Shown here: positions 37,001-45,217 of the stretch, piece by piece
Numbering within the stretch: position 1 is the first letter of the stretch
Layout of the letters: every line of letters starts with the position of its first letter
From: Alphaproteobacteria bacterium
GTDB lineage: Bacteria > Pseudomonadota > Alphaproteobacteria > Micropepsales > Micropepsaceae
Reading direction: 5' to 3'
Length of the DNA stretch: 64,000 bases
NCBI GenBank assembly: GCA_034440175.1
Contig: JAWXBO010000003.1
Span: 2,285 to 66,284, forward strand
Notes under the pieces: generated by a model
What the model was told of the DNA's origin: nothing
The model's input: only the letters and a program-made list of their open reading frames with translations
The model's database searches: none
Translations under genes and position numbers: made by a program

Positions 37001-37137
37001 CACATGTTGAGGCATTTTTTCCGGCGCAATGGGAGGCGTTGACACGAATCTTGCACGCCCATCCCCAGCGCCATCCGCCAGTTTTGGCAGGGGCGACGTT
37101 TCGAAGACCCACGTATGGCTGAGGAAGGGGAGCGAGA

Positions 37138-37227
37138 ATGCTCATTCTAGGTGCGCACACATCTCACGACGCCTCCGCCTGCCTAATGCGTGACGGCGAA
37201 ATCTTGGTTGCCATCGAGAAGGAACGG
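37138..37227 (+). pseudogene. Carbamoyltransferase (NodU/CmcH family) N-terminal 30-codon stub
   Basis: MLILGAHTSHDASACLMRDGEILVAIEKER with GAGGAAGGGG upstream. The reading frame runs straight into the IS left end. Confidence 0.6.
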
Positions 37228-37231
37228 CTAG

Positions 37232-38860
37232 CCCTTCCTATTCACCAAGAATAGCGTAGTTGGGGCGCGCGGCGCGACTTTTGATTGCCGGGCGCGTCGC
37301 GGTGATCGCGCCGGATGATGGCGACGCGGCGTTTCACGATTTATTTTTCTTGGTTGAGGTTTCGACGAAGGGCTCGAAGCGGCGACAGCGCCGCGGCGTT
37401 CAAGGTCCCGCGGCGCAGAGGCGTCCGGCGAGCGCGCGGAAGATGTCGCGCTCGGGACAGGCGGTGGGCAGGAAGACGCGGATGCGCGCCGCGCCTTCCA
37501 CCACGCGCGCGGCGATCTTGATCAGGCGAAGGCGTAGCGTTTTGAACTCCGCGCGGCGCAACGGCGAATGCGCCGGCGCGACGGCGCGCATCGTCAGCAA
37601 GAGCCAATAGGCGGCGGTGTGAAGGACCAGGCGGAACTGGTTGGCCTTGGGATCGCGGCACGAGGTGCGGTCGGAGGCGAGCTGGCTCTTGTGCAACTTG
37701 ATGAAGTTCTCGGCGTTGCCCCGCGCGCAATAGAGGGTTTCGTAAAGATGCTTGGCCCCGGCTCTGAGCGAGGTGACGACATAGCGCACGTCGAGGCCCT
37801 TGGGCGTCGCCTCGATGCGCGCCACAAAGCGCCGCTCCTTGTCCCAGCTCTTGGCGCCGTAGCGAAAGGCCTTGAAGCCGCGGCGTTTGTCTTGGCCCCA
37901 GAGCGCGCGTTGCACGGACACCGCCTCGGCCGCCTCGCGCGTCAGCGCATGAAGCACATCGTTGCCGGCAAAGCCAAAAACGTAGTCGACGCCTTGGTTC
38001 TCGCACCATTGCATCGCCTCGACCCGGCCGTAATGGCTGTCGCCGCGCACCACGATGTGGACCCTGGGCCAGTGCTTGCGGATGCGTCCGATGACATGCT
38101 TCAGGACGGTGCGAACCTCCGCGCCCGACGGCGTCTTGCCCTCGCGCAGGATCATCGCCACCGGCTTGCCGCTCCCCGCTTCGTAGATATGGATCGGCAG
38201 GAAACAGCGCTCGTCGTAATGGGCGTTGAACAGCGAGAGCTGTTGCTGGCCGTGCACCACGTCGACCGTATCGTCGATGTCGAGCGTGATCGAGGACGGC
38301 GCGCGCCGGTAACTGTCGCAAAACAGATCCACCAGCGCCGCCGCCAGCCGCGCGATCTCGATCTTGGACGGCGCATTCTCCAGCCGCGACATGGTGGGCT
38401 GCGAGCACAACGGATCGCCGCTTTCCGGCGCGCGGCCCACCGCCATCTTGAAGAGCGGATCGTGGCGCAACGAATCGCAGTCGTCGGCGTCCTCGTAGCC
38501 CGCCGCAATCGCGAACATCCGCAGCCGAAGCATCTCCTCAAGTGTGTGCTCGATGCGCTCGGGCATGCGCCGGTCGCGAATGCACGATGCAAGGCGGGCG
38601 GCAAGACCAAGCTTCTTCTCGACGCCGCGCAGCACAAGAACGCCGGCATCCGAGGAAAGCTGGCCGCCGTCGAAGCCCACGCTGACTTTTTTGCGCGCAA
38701 CCGATGGAAGATCGAACGGCAATACGATATCTTCGCTCATGACGGGTGTGGCGCTCCTCGATCGACCGATGAATCTGCGTCGCAAACAGAATCATGAATC
38801 GAATTGCGGCTTTCCGCTACACCCGTCGCTCAATTCCGTAACTTGGGTGAATAAGAAGGG
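37232..38860 (-). mobile_element. IS1380-family insertion sequence (1629 bp) with 15-bp terminal inverted repeats and CTAG on both flanks
   Basis: Left IR CCCTTCCTATTCACC (37232-37246) and right IR GGTGAATAAGAAGGG (38846-38860) match at 14/15. CTAG at 37228-37231 and 38861-38864. A single transposase ORF fills the element. Confidence 0.85.
37400..38740 (-). CDS. IS1380-family DDE transposase
   Basis: ATG 38740 (MSEDIVLPFDLPSVARKKVSVGFDGGQLSSDAGVLVLRGVEKKLGL...). About 446 aa, the typical N-terminus and size of IS1380/IS4-clade transposases. Confidence 0.8.
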   Translation of the reverse strand: MSEDIVLPFDLPSVARKKVSVGFDGGQLSSDAGVLVLRGVEKKLGLAARLASCIRDRRMPERIEHTLEEMLRLRMFAIAAGYEDADDCDSLRHDPLFKMAVGRAPESGDPLCSQPTMSRLENAPSKIEIARLAAALVDLFCDSYRRAPSSITLDIDDTVDVVHGQQQLSLFNAHYDERCFLPIHIYEAGSGKPVAMILREGKTPSGAEVRTVLKHVIGRIRKHWPRVHIVVRGDSHYGRVEAMQWCENQGVDYVFGFAGNDVLHALTREAAEAVSVQRALWGQDKRRGFKAFRYGAKSWDKERRFVARIEATPKGLDVRYVVTSLRAGAKHLYETLYCARGNAENFIKLHKSQLASDRTSCRDPKANQFRLVLHTAAYWLLLTMRAVAPAHSPLRRAEFKTLRLRLIKIAARVVEGAARIRVFLPTACPERDIFRALAGRLCAAGP

Positions 38861-39094
38861 CTAGTCGTCCCAGCTCGGCCGCTCGGTCAGATACTCGCAC
38901 GCATAGTTCGCGTCTGCTTCGTTGGGCAGCAGGTCGGCCTTGCACGCATCCTCATCGGCATACGGCCCGCGCTCCACGACCGGCCCGTAGATCGTGTCGG
39001 CGATCTGATACCAGCCGGGCGACGTGAACGCCGGGGCGGCGAGCGCGGCGGTGGCTGTGAGGAGGAGGGACGAGAGGGCGAGGAGGATGCGCAT
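38861..39094 (-). CDS. Small secreted protein (77 aa)
   Basis: Signal peptide MRILLALSSLLLTATAALA. Mature part has two Cys. The stop codon coincides with the CTAG flanking the IS. Confidence 0.5.
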   Translation of the reverse strand: MRILLALSSLLLTATAALAAPAFTSPGWYQIADTIYGPVVERGPYADEDACKADLLPNEADANYACEYLTERPSWDD

Positions 39095-39156
39095 GGGGGT
39101 GGGCTCGGCGAGGGCGCGGTAGTCTATCGCGGCTCCCTCCGCCTTGCCATGTCGGC

Positions 39157-39729
39157 CTATGACCGGTGGTGCCGGCGGCGAACCAGCTTCCTGTAAGTGT
39201 CGTCGATGTGCTTGTTGAACTCGGTCGGGTAGCGGATGCCCGACTTGAAGTCCTTAAGGTTGCCTTGGTCCCATTGCGCGATGACGGCGTCGAGCGTGCT
39301 GACATGCGCGAAGTAGTCGAGAACCGCCTGCGGGATCTCGTTGTCTTCGATCAGGTCGCCGTGTTCGAGAAGCAGGCGTTCGATCTGTTTGTTGATCGGC
39401 ATCAGCGTGTGTTTCAACCAGACGCGCCAGGCGGCGTAGACCTCCTCCGTCGGTTCGACGCCTTTCCAGAACAGTTCCGGGCGATCGGGGAAGTACTTTT
39501 CTTTGAACGTACGGAAACTGGTTTGGCCGGCGAAGCGCAGCATCCGCAACGGCCCGTAGAGATCGCCGAGTTGGCGGTTCAAGCGGTCGACCGCTTGGTT
39601 GTGGCGCGCCGTGTTCACGCTCGAGCGGTAGGTGGACCAGTAGTTGACAATGCCGGCAGCGGCCGTCGTGCCGACAATCAAAAAGATGCTGTTGAGGTTT
39701 GTCAGGATGAAGTCGTAGACGCTTTGCAT
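39157..39729 (-). CDS. Hypothetical single-pass membrane protein (190 aa)
   Basis: N-terminal TM helix (IFLIVGTTAAAGIVNYW) followed by a helical soluble domain. No family recognised. Lies 84 nt downstream of the DUF3422-like gene on the same strand. Confidence 0.55.
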   Translation of the reverse strand: MQSVYDFILTNLNSIFLIVGTTAAAGIVNYWSTYRSSVNTARHNQAVDRLNRQLGDLYGPLRMLRFAGQTSFRTFKEKYFPDRPELFWKGVEPTEEVYAAWRVWLKHTLMPINKQIERLLLEHGDLIEDNEIPQAVLDYFAHVSTLDAVIAQWDQGNLKDFKSGIRYPTEFNKHIDDTYRKLVRRRHHRS

Positions 39730-39813
39730 TCAGTCCCCCTGCAGTCATGGCGCGGCGCCGGTGGGGCGCCGATGTTTTGAGCGCGGTCGAGGGGGCGACC
39801 GGATGTCGTCGGG

Positions 39814-41973
39814 CTATTCGTTCAATTTTCTCTTTCGCTTGAGCCACGGCCGGATGATCGACCGCCAAATCAGCAATGCGGAAAAAATTGTCAGAAACGG
39901 AACCAGCGCGATCGCGATCCAATCCTTCCACGTGGCAGTGCTGATGTCGGCTGGCAGTGTCGCAACGATCTGAACAAGCAGAGTGAACACGGTGACGGCC
40001 AGCCCCATGTCGATACCTTGCCAATTGTAGGCAAGCTGCTTCAGTGTTTGCGTGTTATTTTCAGTGGCTTCCGTCTCGACGATCAGGGCGCTGGTTTGGA
40101 TCATGTCGGTGACCGATTGCAGGCGTTCGCGCAACGAGCGCAGGCGATCGCCGGTGCTGTGGATCGATTCAAAGGTGGGCGCGAGGCCGCGGTCGACGAA
40201 TTGATCGTACGTCGTCCATGTCGGGATGTTGTCGATGTTCATCGTGCCGAGCAGGCGGCGAAACTCGCCGATGAAATGCTTGGCGCGGTTGATGGCATAG
40301 AGCAGACGCCCCGATCCGCCCTGGCCGATACCGTCGAGGTCAGCGCCGAGCTCGATCAGCTTGAACTCGGTGTGGTGGATCAGTTTGTTGAGCGCGCGGA
40401 TGCGGCGGTCCTTGATGATTTGTGTTTCGCGGTCGTCGTACTCTTCCTCGCTAATCGGGTGGAGGCTGTCGATCACGCGCCGCTCTTTGCTCCACTTCGT
40501 GAGGATGCCGTCCAGTTGGTCGCCGATGAGGCGGATGTGGATACCGGCGTTGCGGACTGTGGCCCAATTCCTGAGCGCATAAAGGCGCATCGTTCCGACG
40601 GCGTTGGTGCGCTCGACGAGGCGGCCGATTTGTTGGCGGTGCGGTTTTCCTTTGGTGAGGAAAAGCTGTTGTACGGGCGCGTGCAGGCCGCGCGGCGAGT
40701 TGTCGATCGGCGGGACAGCACCGCCGGGAACGATGGCGGCAGGGTTGTCGGCTTCGTCGCGTTCGGCGGTTTCGATACGCGAGCCCAGCGAGGTGACGAA
40801 CAGCGCGCGCCAGCCGAACACGCCGCAGGCGACGAAGTCGCGATCGTCGGCGCCGGGTGAGATGCGGCGGATGAAGGGCCAGTGCGCCTTCAGAACCGTG
40901 TTGGGTTCGCCGCTTTTGTGATCGAAGGTCTCGAACAAGCCGATGCCGGTGCTTGCCGTTCCGTGAGGCGCGGCCGCGAGCCCGATCTTGCGCCTCAAGT
41001 TTGCGGCAGCGAGGCTGCGCTCTTCGCCGGCGGGTGTCGGCAGGCCGTCGGTCGCGATCACGAGCGTGCGGAAGCTTGCGAAGACTTCGCTGACTGTGGA
41101 CTGCGCGTGCGCGTCGAGCGAGATCAAGGCGCCGAAGCCGAACGCGGCGGCGAAGTCCTGCCAGATCTCGTCGTAGCAGTAGTTCGCGGCGGCAAGCAGG
41201 CGCCGGCCATCCTCGGCGGTGACGCCCGCTTCGGGGATGCGATCGAGCTCGACCTGGCCGCCGGCGACTTGCCGGTCGCAAATCGACTTGACGGACTCGA
41301 CGTGTTCGAAGATCGCGCGCCGGCGCTTGCCGGGCGCGTTTTGCGCGCTCGTAACGCGCCGTTCGTCCCACGGTTTGCCCGCGTCGAGGTAGAACAAAAG
41401 CGTGGCGTGGTCGAGATGGGTCTGCGCCTGTACGCGGATCCGCAAGTCGCCGGGCGCGGGGGACGCTTGCGAGGTGTTCAATGTGGTGCGCCCGGCCGAG
41501 TCCTGCCACCATATCGTGAAAGTCAGCGATTGGGGCTCGCAGATCTCGAAAGCGTGCACGTTGGCGGCCGCTAGTTTCGGGCGATCGACGATCAGCTTGC
41601 GCAACGTCGTTCCGGCCACGCGGCCGTGTTGTTGCAACGCGGCCAGGACGGTTCCGAGTTCATTGAAGAACTCGCGGTTGTTGGCTTCGTAGATTTCGCG
41701 GCGGCGATCGAGCTTCAGGTTCGGGTCGTCGGTGCGCGGATCGAGATCGCCGCCGATCGCCTTGGGCCAGATGCCGAGATGCCAAACGAGCGTCGGCGTG
41801 CCGAATGACGGCGGCGGGCGCTGGTGGCCTTCGTCGAGAATTTCGGAATAGGAGCCCGAATAGGGCCAAACCGCATCCCGCGCGGACGACGGCGTGCCGG
41901 CGCGCGCGGCGGCACGCTGCGGTGCAGCGGGAGCAGGCGCGTTGCGCGCGAAGACGCTGAAGGGGGAGCGCAT
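39814..41973 (-). CDS. Large DUF3422-like membrane-anchored protein (719 aa, two C-terminal TM helices)
   Basis: Segments QTHLDHATLLFYL and QIGRLVERTNAVGTMRLYAL, plus a long coiled segment before two terminal TM helices, resemble DUF3422 as I recall it. Much longer than the typical family member (about 430 aa). Confidence 0.4.
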   Translation of the reverse strand: MRSPFSVFARNAPAPAAPQRAAARAGTPSSARDAVWPYSGSYSEILDEGHQRPPPSFGTPTLVWHLGIWPKAIGGDLDPRTDDPNLKLDRRREIYEANNREFFNELGTVLAALQQHGRVAGTTLRKLIVDRPKLAAANVHAFEICEPQSLTFTIWWQDSAGRTTLNTSQASPAPGDLRIRVQAQTHLDHATLLFYLDAGKPWDERRVTSAQNAPGKRRRAIFEHVESVKSICDRQVAGGQVELDRIPEAGVTAEDGRRLLAAANYCYDEIWQDFAAAFGFGALISLDAHAQSTVSEVFASFRTLVIATDGLPTPAGEERSLAAANLRRKIGLAAAPHGTASTGIGLFETFDHKSGEPNTVLKAHWPFIRRISPGADDRDFVACGVFGWRALFVTSLGSRIETAERDEADNPAAIVPGGAVPPIDNSPRGLHAPVQQLFLTKGKPHRQQIGRLVERTNAVGTMRLYALRNWATVRNAGIHIRLIGDQLDGILTKWSKERRVIDSLHPISEEEYDDRETQIIKDRRIRALNKLIHHTEFKLIELGADLDGIGQGGSGRLLYAINRAKHFIGEFRRLLGTMNIDNIPTWTTYDQFVDRGLAPTFESIHSTGDRLRSLRERLQSVTDMIQTSALIVETEATENNTQTLKQLAYNWQGIDMGLAVTVFTLLVQIVATLPADISTATWKDWIAIALVPFLTIFSALLIWRSIIRPWLKRKRKLNE

Positions 41974-42354
41974 GTGTATTCAATCCAATCGCGATCGGAT
42001 TGTGCACATCGTTGCGTGCCGATCACGTGTGCGCGCGCACGGCAGGGGCGAATTAGGCTTCGTGTGGCACGGGAGCGACGGTTCGCTACATGTGTTTTCC
42101 CGTGTATCCGCTGGAGTTGTGCACCGTGCCACAGGACTCTCCTAAAAGAGGTAACCTCGTGGGAGCGAGATTATTTTGCATTGCAGCGGATCGTCTTTGT
42201 TTCGTAGTTGTTCGAGAGTGAACCATGCGGCGTTGCGCTATTCATGCAATCGCCGTCGGCAAAATCATTGCACGACCTTTCACTCGTGTGCTTCCTGGTC
42301 CAGTATCTGGAAAATTGAACGACGCAGAGGTCCGGTCCAGGGCGAGCGGGCTTC

Positions 42355-43776
42355 GTGCGCGGCAGGCGGTGCGCGCGTAATGTTGCGTGTGCGCCGCGGG
42401 TGGGGGCTCGATCAGTGCTTTACTATAGGACACCGCGAGAGCGCCGAGAGAAAGAGGCGTTCGTCAAGGCAAACACCGCGAAGGTTGGGTTCTGGTACCG
42501 CATTTGGTTGCGCGTCGCGGTGCGGCGCTCGATTAGAACGGGCGGCGAGTCCCATTCGAAGTTCAAGCGGGTGTATGGGTTGGTGAGTCCCGAGTTCAAA
42601 CTGGGTCCAAGATTCAGCAAGACCTTCGGCAAACACCCGAGCCGGTTCGGCGACGATGTCGCTCATTTCGGGTTGCAAGGTAAGTTGGGCGAGCGGTTGA
42701 CGCAGTTCAAAGAGGGTTTGACGAGCGCGCCGTTTTTGGTGATCCGCGATCTTTTGCCGATCTGTCATTTGCCGACGATTTATTCGGCGAAGATGACCAG
42801 TCCGAAATTCAATCACGGCAAGCCGCGGATGACCCGTCAGAAGTGGTATCTGAAGAAGTCATACTACGACCTGATCGGATCGGGCCTTCTGTCGGAGTTG
42901 GGCGCTCATCATAGGTCGCGGACGTTCACGGAAGAGGCCGCCTACCGCGACTATTTCACGGCGCCGGGCGCGGAGGTCGACCAGTTCGCGCGCGACGAAG
43001 ACGTGCCGCGGCGCTGGCGGCAAGCGGTCCCCGAGTTCGCGCTCGTCGACGAGCCGTCGGCGACGTCGGGCGCGGTGACGGCGCGCTATGCCGTCTATTT
43101 TTGCGTCGAGAATCCGATCCAAGATCCGTTTTGGGTCTTGCCGGTGCATCATGTGATCGATGCGCTGAGCGAGAGCGAGCGCGCCATGTTGCGCCACGTT
43201 GCCTACGAGTTTTTCGATCACTGGAACGACGATCTGTCGTCGCGCGGGCTTTCATCGATCCAAAAGATCCTCGGCGGCGAGAAGGTGAAACTGACGCCGG
43301 GCCAGAACCAGCACTACAACAAATGGATGTCGTTCGACGCGAACCGGCTCAATCTGGAAAGCGGCAAAACGCAACAGGAAGAGCGCGCCGCCGTCGGATC
43401 TCTGCACCGCACGCTCATGGCGGTGGCCGAAGAGCATGCTGTCCCGATCATGTTGAAGGCGGGCGACGTTCTTGTGGTGGACAATTACCGCACGTTGATC
43501 CGTCGGACCGAACTCGGATTCCGATCGTTCAACGCGTGGACGTTGGGGCGCCCCGCGGTGCGTTGGCTGCGCATGTATTGCGGATTCCCGCCGACGCCGA
43601 CAAGCGCGCGCGCAAGCGCCGGCGGAGAGACCGTGCATCTGGCGGCGGGCGGTGCGGGCGGTGATGTGCTTTATGTTGGCAAGGCCGCCAATCTGAAGAA
43701 AAGGGTTCAGGCCTATACGAAACCTTTTGATCAGCCGGGGACGATTGAGTGGGGTCGGGAGAGAAATCGAACCTGA
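42355..43776 (+). CDS. Hypothetical protein; start uncertain (42355-42793); C-terminus carries a UvrC-type GIY-YIG fragment
   Basis: The frame has high third-position GC from about 42450 on. The first in-frame ATG is at 42793. AGDVLVVDNYRTLIRR resembles the TauD/clavaminate-synthase strand but lacks the His. The end reads GGDVLYVGKAANLKKRVQAY. Confidence 0.5.
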   Translation: MRGRRCARNVACAPRVGARSVLYYRTPRERREKEAFVKANTAKVGFWYRIWLRVAVRRSIRTGGESHSKFKRVYGLVSPEFKLGPRFSKTFGKHPSRFGDDVAHFGLQGKLGERLTQFKEGLTSAPFLVIRDLLPICHLPTIYSAKMTSPKFNHGKPRMTRQKWYLKKSYYDLIGSGLLSELGAHHRSRTFTEEAAYRDYFTAPGAEVDQFARDEDVPRRWRQAVPEFALVDEPSATSGAVTARYAVYFCVENPIQDPFWVLPVHHVIDALSESERAMLRHVAYEFFDHWNDDLSSRGLSSIQKILGGEKVKLTPGQNQHYNKWMSFDANRLNLESGKTQQEERAAVGSLHRTLMAVAEEHAVPIMLKAGDVLVVDNYRTLIRRTELGFRSFNAWTLGRPAVRWLRMYCGFPPTPTSARASAGGETVHLAAGGAGGDVLYVGKAANLKKRVQAYTKPFDQPGTIEWGRERNRT

Positions 43777-43962
43777 CCCCAAATACCACAAGGCGAGTAC
43801 CAAAAAAAGCCGACTGAAAAACATATAGCGTCCGTATCACCTGTCCGTTCAAAAAAGTGAAGCTTTCCGCGCAGAAAATTGGAAATTCGACCTGGAATCT
43901 GTCACCTAAAAAATGGTCTGTGTCACATTGAGTGTCACGCGAGTCTGAGTTCCGGCACGTCT

Positions 43963-45216
43963 TCAGAGCGAGCGGCCTTTTTTGATCGCGGTCGAGCCGA
44001 ATTTGGCGCGGACTTTGTCCATGGCGTGTTCGGCGGCGTCGCGGCGGGTGCCCTGGGTGTCGATGAGGTCGGCCTCGTCGCACTGAGATGCGGGAACGAT
44101 GTCGGCGAGGCCGACACCGATCAGGCGGTAGCGGTTGCCGTGGGTTTCGGCTGCGAGAAGGCTCGAACCTGTTTCGAAGAGGCGGCGGGCCAGTTGCGTG
44201 GGACGGTCAAGGGTGTGACGGCGGGTTAAGATTTTGAAGTCTGAAGTTTTTAGTTTGAGTTGAACTACTTTGCCGCCGAGTTCTGACGCCTTGGCGCGGG
44301 AGGACACTTTCTCGCACAGGCGCCAGAGAATTTCGGAGAGTATGCCGGCGGCGGCGGTGTCGGTTTCAAGTGTGGTTTCGGCGGAGATGCCTTTGGCGGG
44401 CGTGCCAAGCTCGATGGCTCTGGTGTCGTCGGCATTTGACAGGCGCCAGATCCGGAGGCCGCTGGCGCCGAAGCGGGCGGTGAGGTCGTTTGGGTTGCGG
44501 CGGCGGGCATCGCCGATGGTGAATATCCCCTCGCGGGCCAGGGATTGGGCGAAAGCTTTGCCGACGCCGGGCAGGAGAGTGACGGGGCGTGGCGCTAAAA
44601 AGTCCAGGGCTTCGGCGCGGCCGATAACTTTGAAGCCACGGGGCTTGTCGAGGTCGGAGGCGATTTTGGCGAGGAATTTGTTGAAGCTGAGGCCAACAGA
44701 GACGGTGATGTGGAGTTCGTCTTCGATGCGTTTCGCGAGGCGAGCGAGAGTTTGGGCGGGTGTGGATTTATGCAAGCGCTCGGTGCCGGTGAGGTCCAGG
44801 AAGGCTTCGTCGAGCGAAAGGGATTCAACGAGCGGTGTGGTCTCTTGCATCAGGCGTTTGACGTCGCGGCTGACGGTTGCGTATTTGTGCATGTCGGGGC
44901 GCACGACGACTGCGTCCGGGCAGGCGGCCAAGGCTTTGAACATCGGCATCGCGGACTTCACACCGAAAGTGCGGGCGATGTAGCAGGCGGTGGAGACGAC
45001 ACCGCGTTTGCCGCCACCGATGATGACCGGCTTGTCGGCGATCGAAGGGTCGTCGCGCTTTTCGATGGAGGCATAAAAGGCATCGCAATCGATGTGAGCG
45101 ATGGCGAGGTGGTTGAGTTCCGGGTGGTTCGTCAGGCGCGGGCTTCTGCAGGCGGGGCAGCGTTTCGGTGATGCCTCATCGAAGAGTTTCATGCACTCGC
45201 GGCAGAGCACGCCCAT
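43963..45216 (-). CDS. dinB: DNA polymerase IV (Y-family) with N-terminal CxxC...CxxC extension
   Basis: IAHIDCDAFYASIEKRDDP, VIIGGGKRGVVSTACYIARTFGVKSAMP. N-terminal CRECMKLFDEASPKRCPACR. Confidence 0.9.
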   Translation of the reverse strand: MGVLCRECMKLFDEASPKRCPACRSPRLTNHPELNHLAIAHIDCDAFYASIEKRDDPSIADKPVIIGGGKRGVVSTACYIARTFGVKSAMPMFKALAACPDAVVVRPDMHKYATVSRDVKRLMQETTPLVESLSLDEAFLDLTGTERLHKSTPAQTLARLAKRIEDELHITVSVGLSFNKFLAKIASDLDKPRGFKVIGRAEALDFLAPRPVTLLPGVGKAFAQSLAREGIFTIGDARRRNPNDLTARFGASGLRIWRLSNADDTRAIELGTPAKGISAETTLETDTAAAGILSEILWRLCEKVSSRAKASELGGKVVQLKLKTSDFKILTRRHTLDRPTQLARRLFETGSSLLAAETHGNRYRLIGVGLADIVPASQCDEADLIDTQGTRRDAAEHAMDKVRAKFGSTAIKKGRSL

Positions 45217-45217
45217 G

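Noticed and set aside
37568-38797. 409-aa plus-strand ORF, and 37341..38408 (355 aa, minus, other frame), inside the IS element.
   Set aside because: The IS1380-type transposase frame (37400..38740, minus) carries the recognisable N-terminal and DDE-family features. The others are overlapping shadow frames with Arg/Ala/Gly-rich composition.
40018-41574. Several 230-353-aa ORFs (40018..40860 +, 40451..41512 -, 40882..41574 +) overlapping the DUF3422-like gene.
   Set aside because: They overlap one another and the 719-aa frame. Their compositions are extreme (poly-Arg/Pro), whereas the 719-aa frame has TM helices and balanced composition.
42412-42816. 134-aa minus-strand ORF in the apparent gap upstream of the 42793 ATG.
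   Set aside because: The opposite plus-strand frame shows the high third-position GC typical of real genes here and continues into the 473-aa ORF. The minus-frame product has no recognisable features.
43750-43785. tRNA-like 3' fragment (tggggtcgggagagAAATCGAAcctgacccc), considered as a possible tRNA-derived att site.
   Set aside because: Only the AATCGAA (T-loop-like) heptamer fits. The flanking pentamers (agaga / cctga) cannot pair as a T-stem, and no acceptor stem or CCA context exists.
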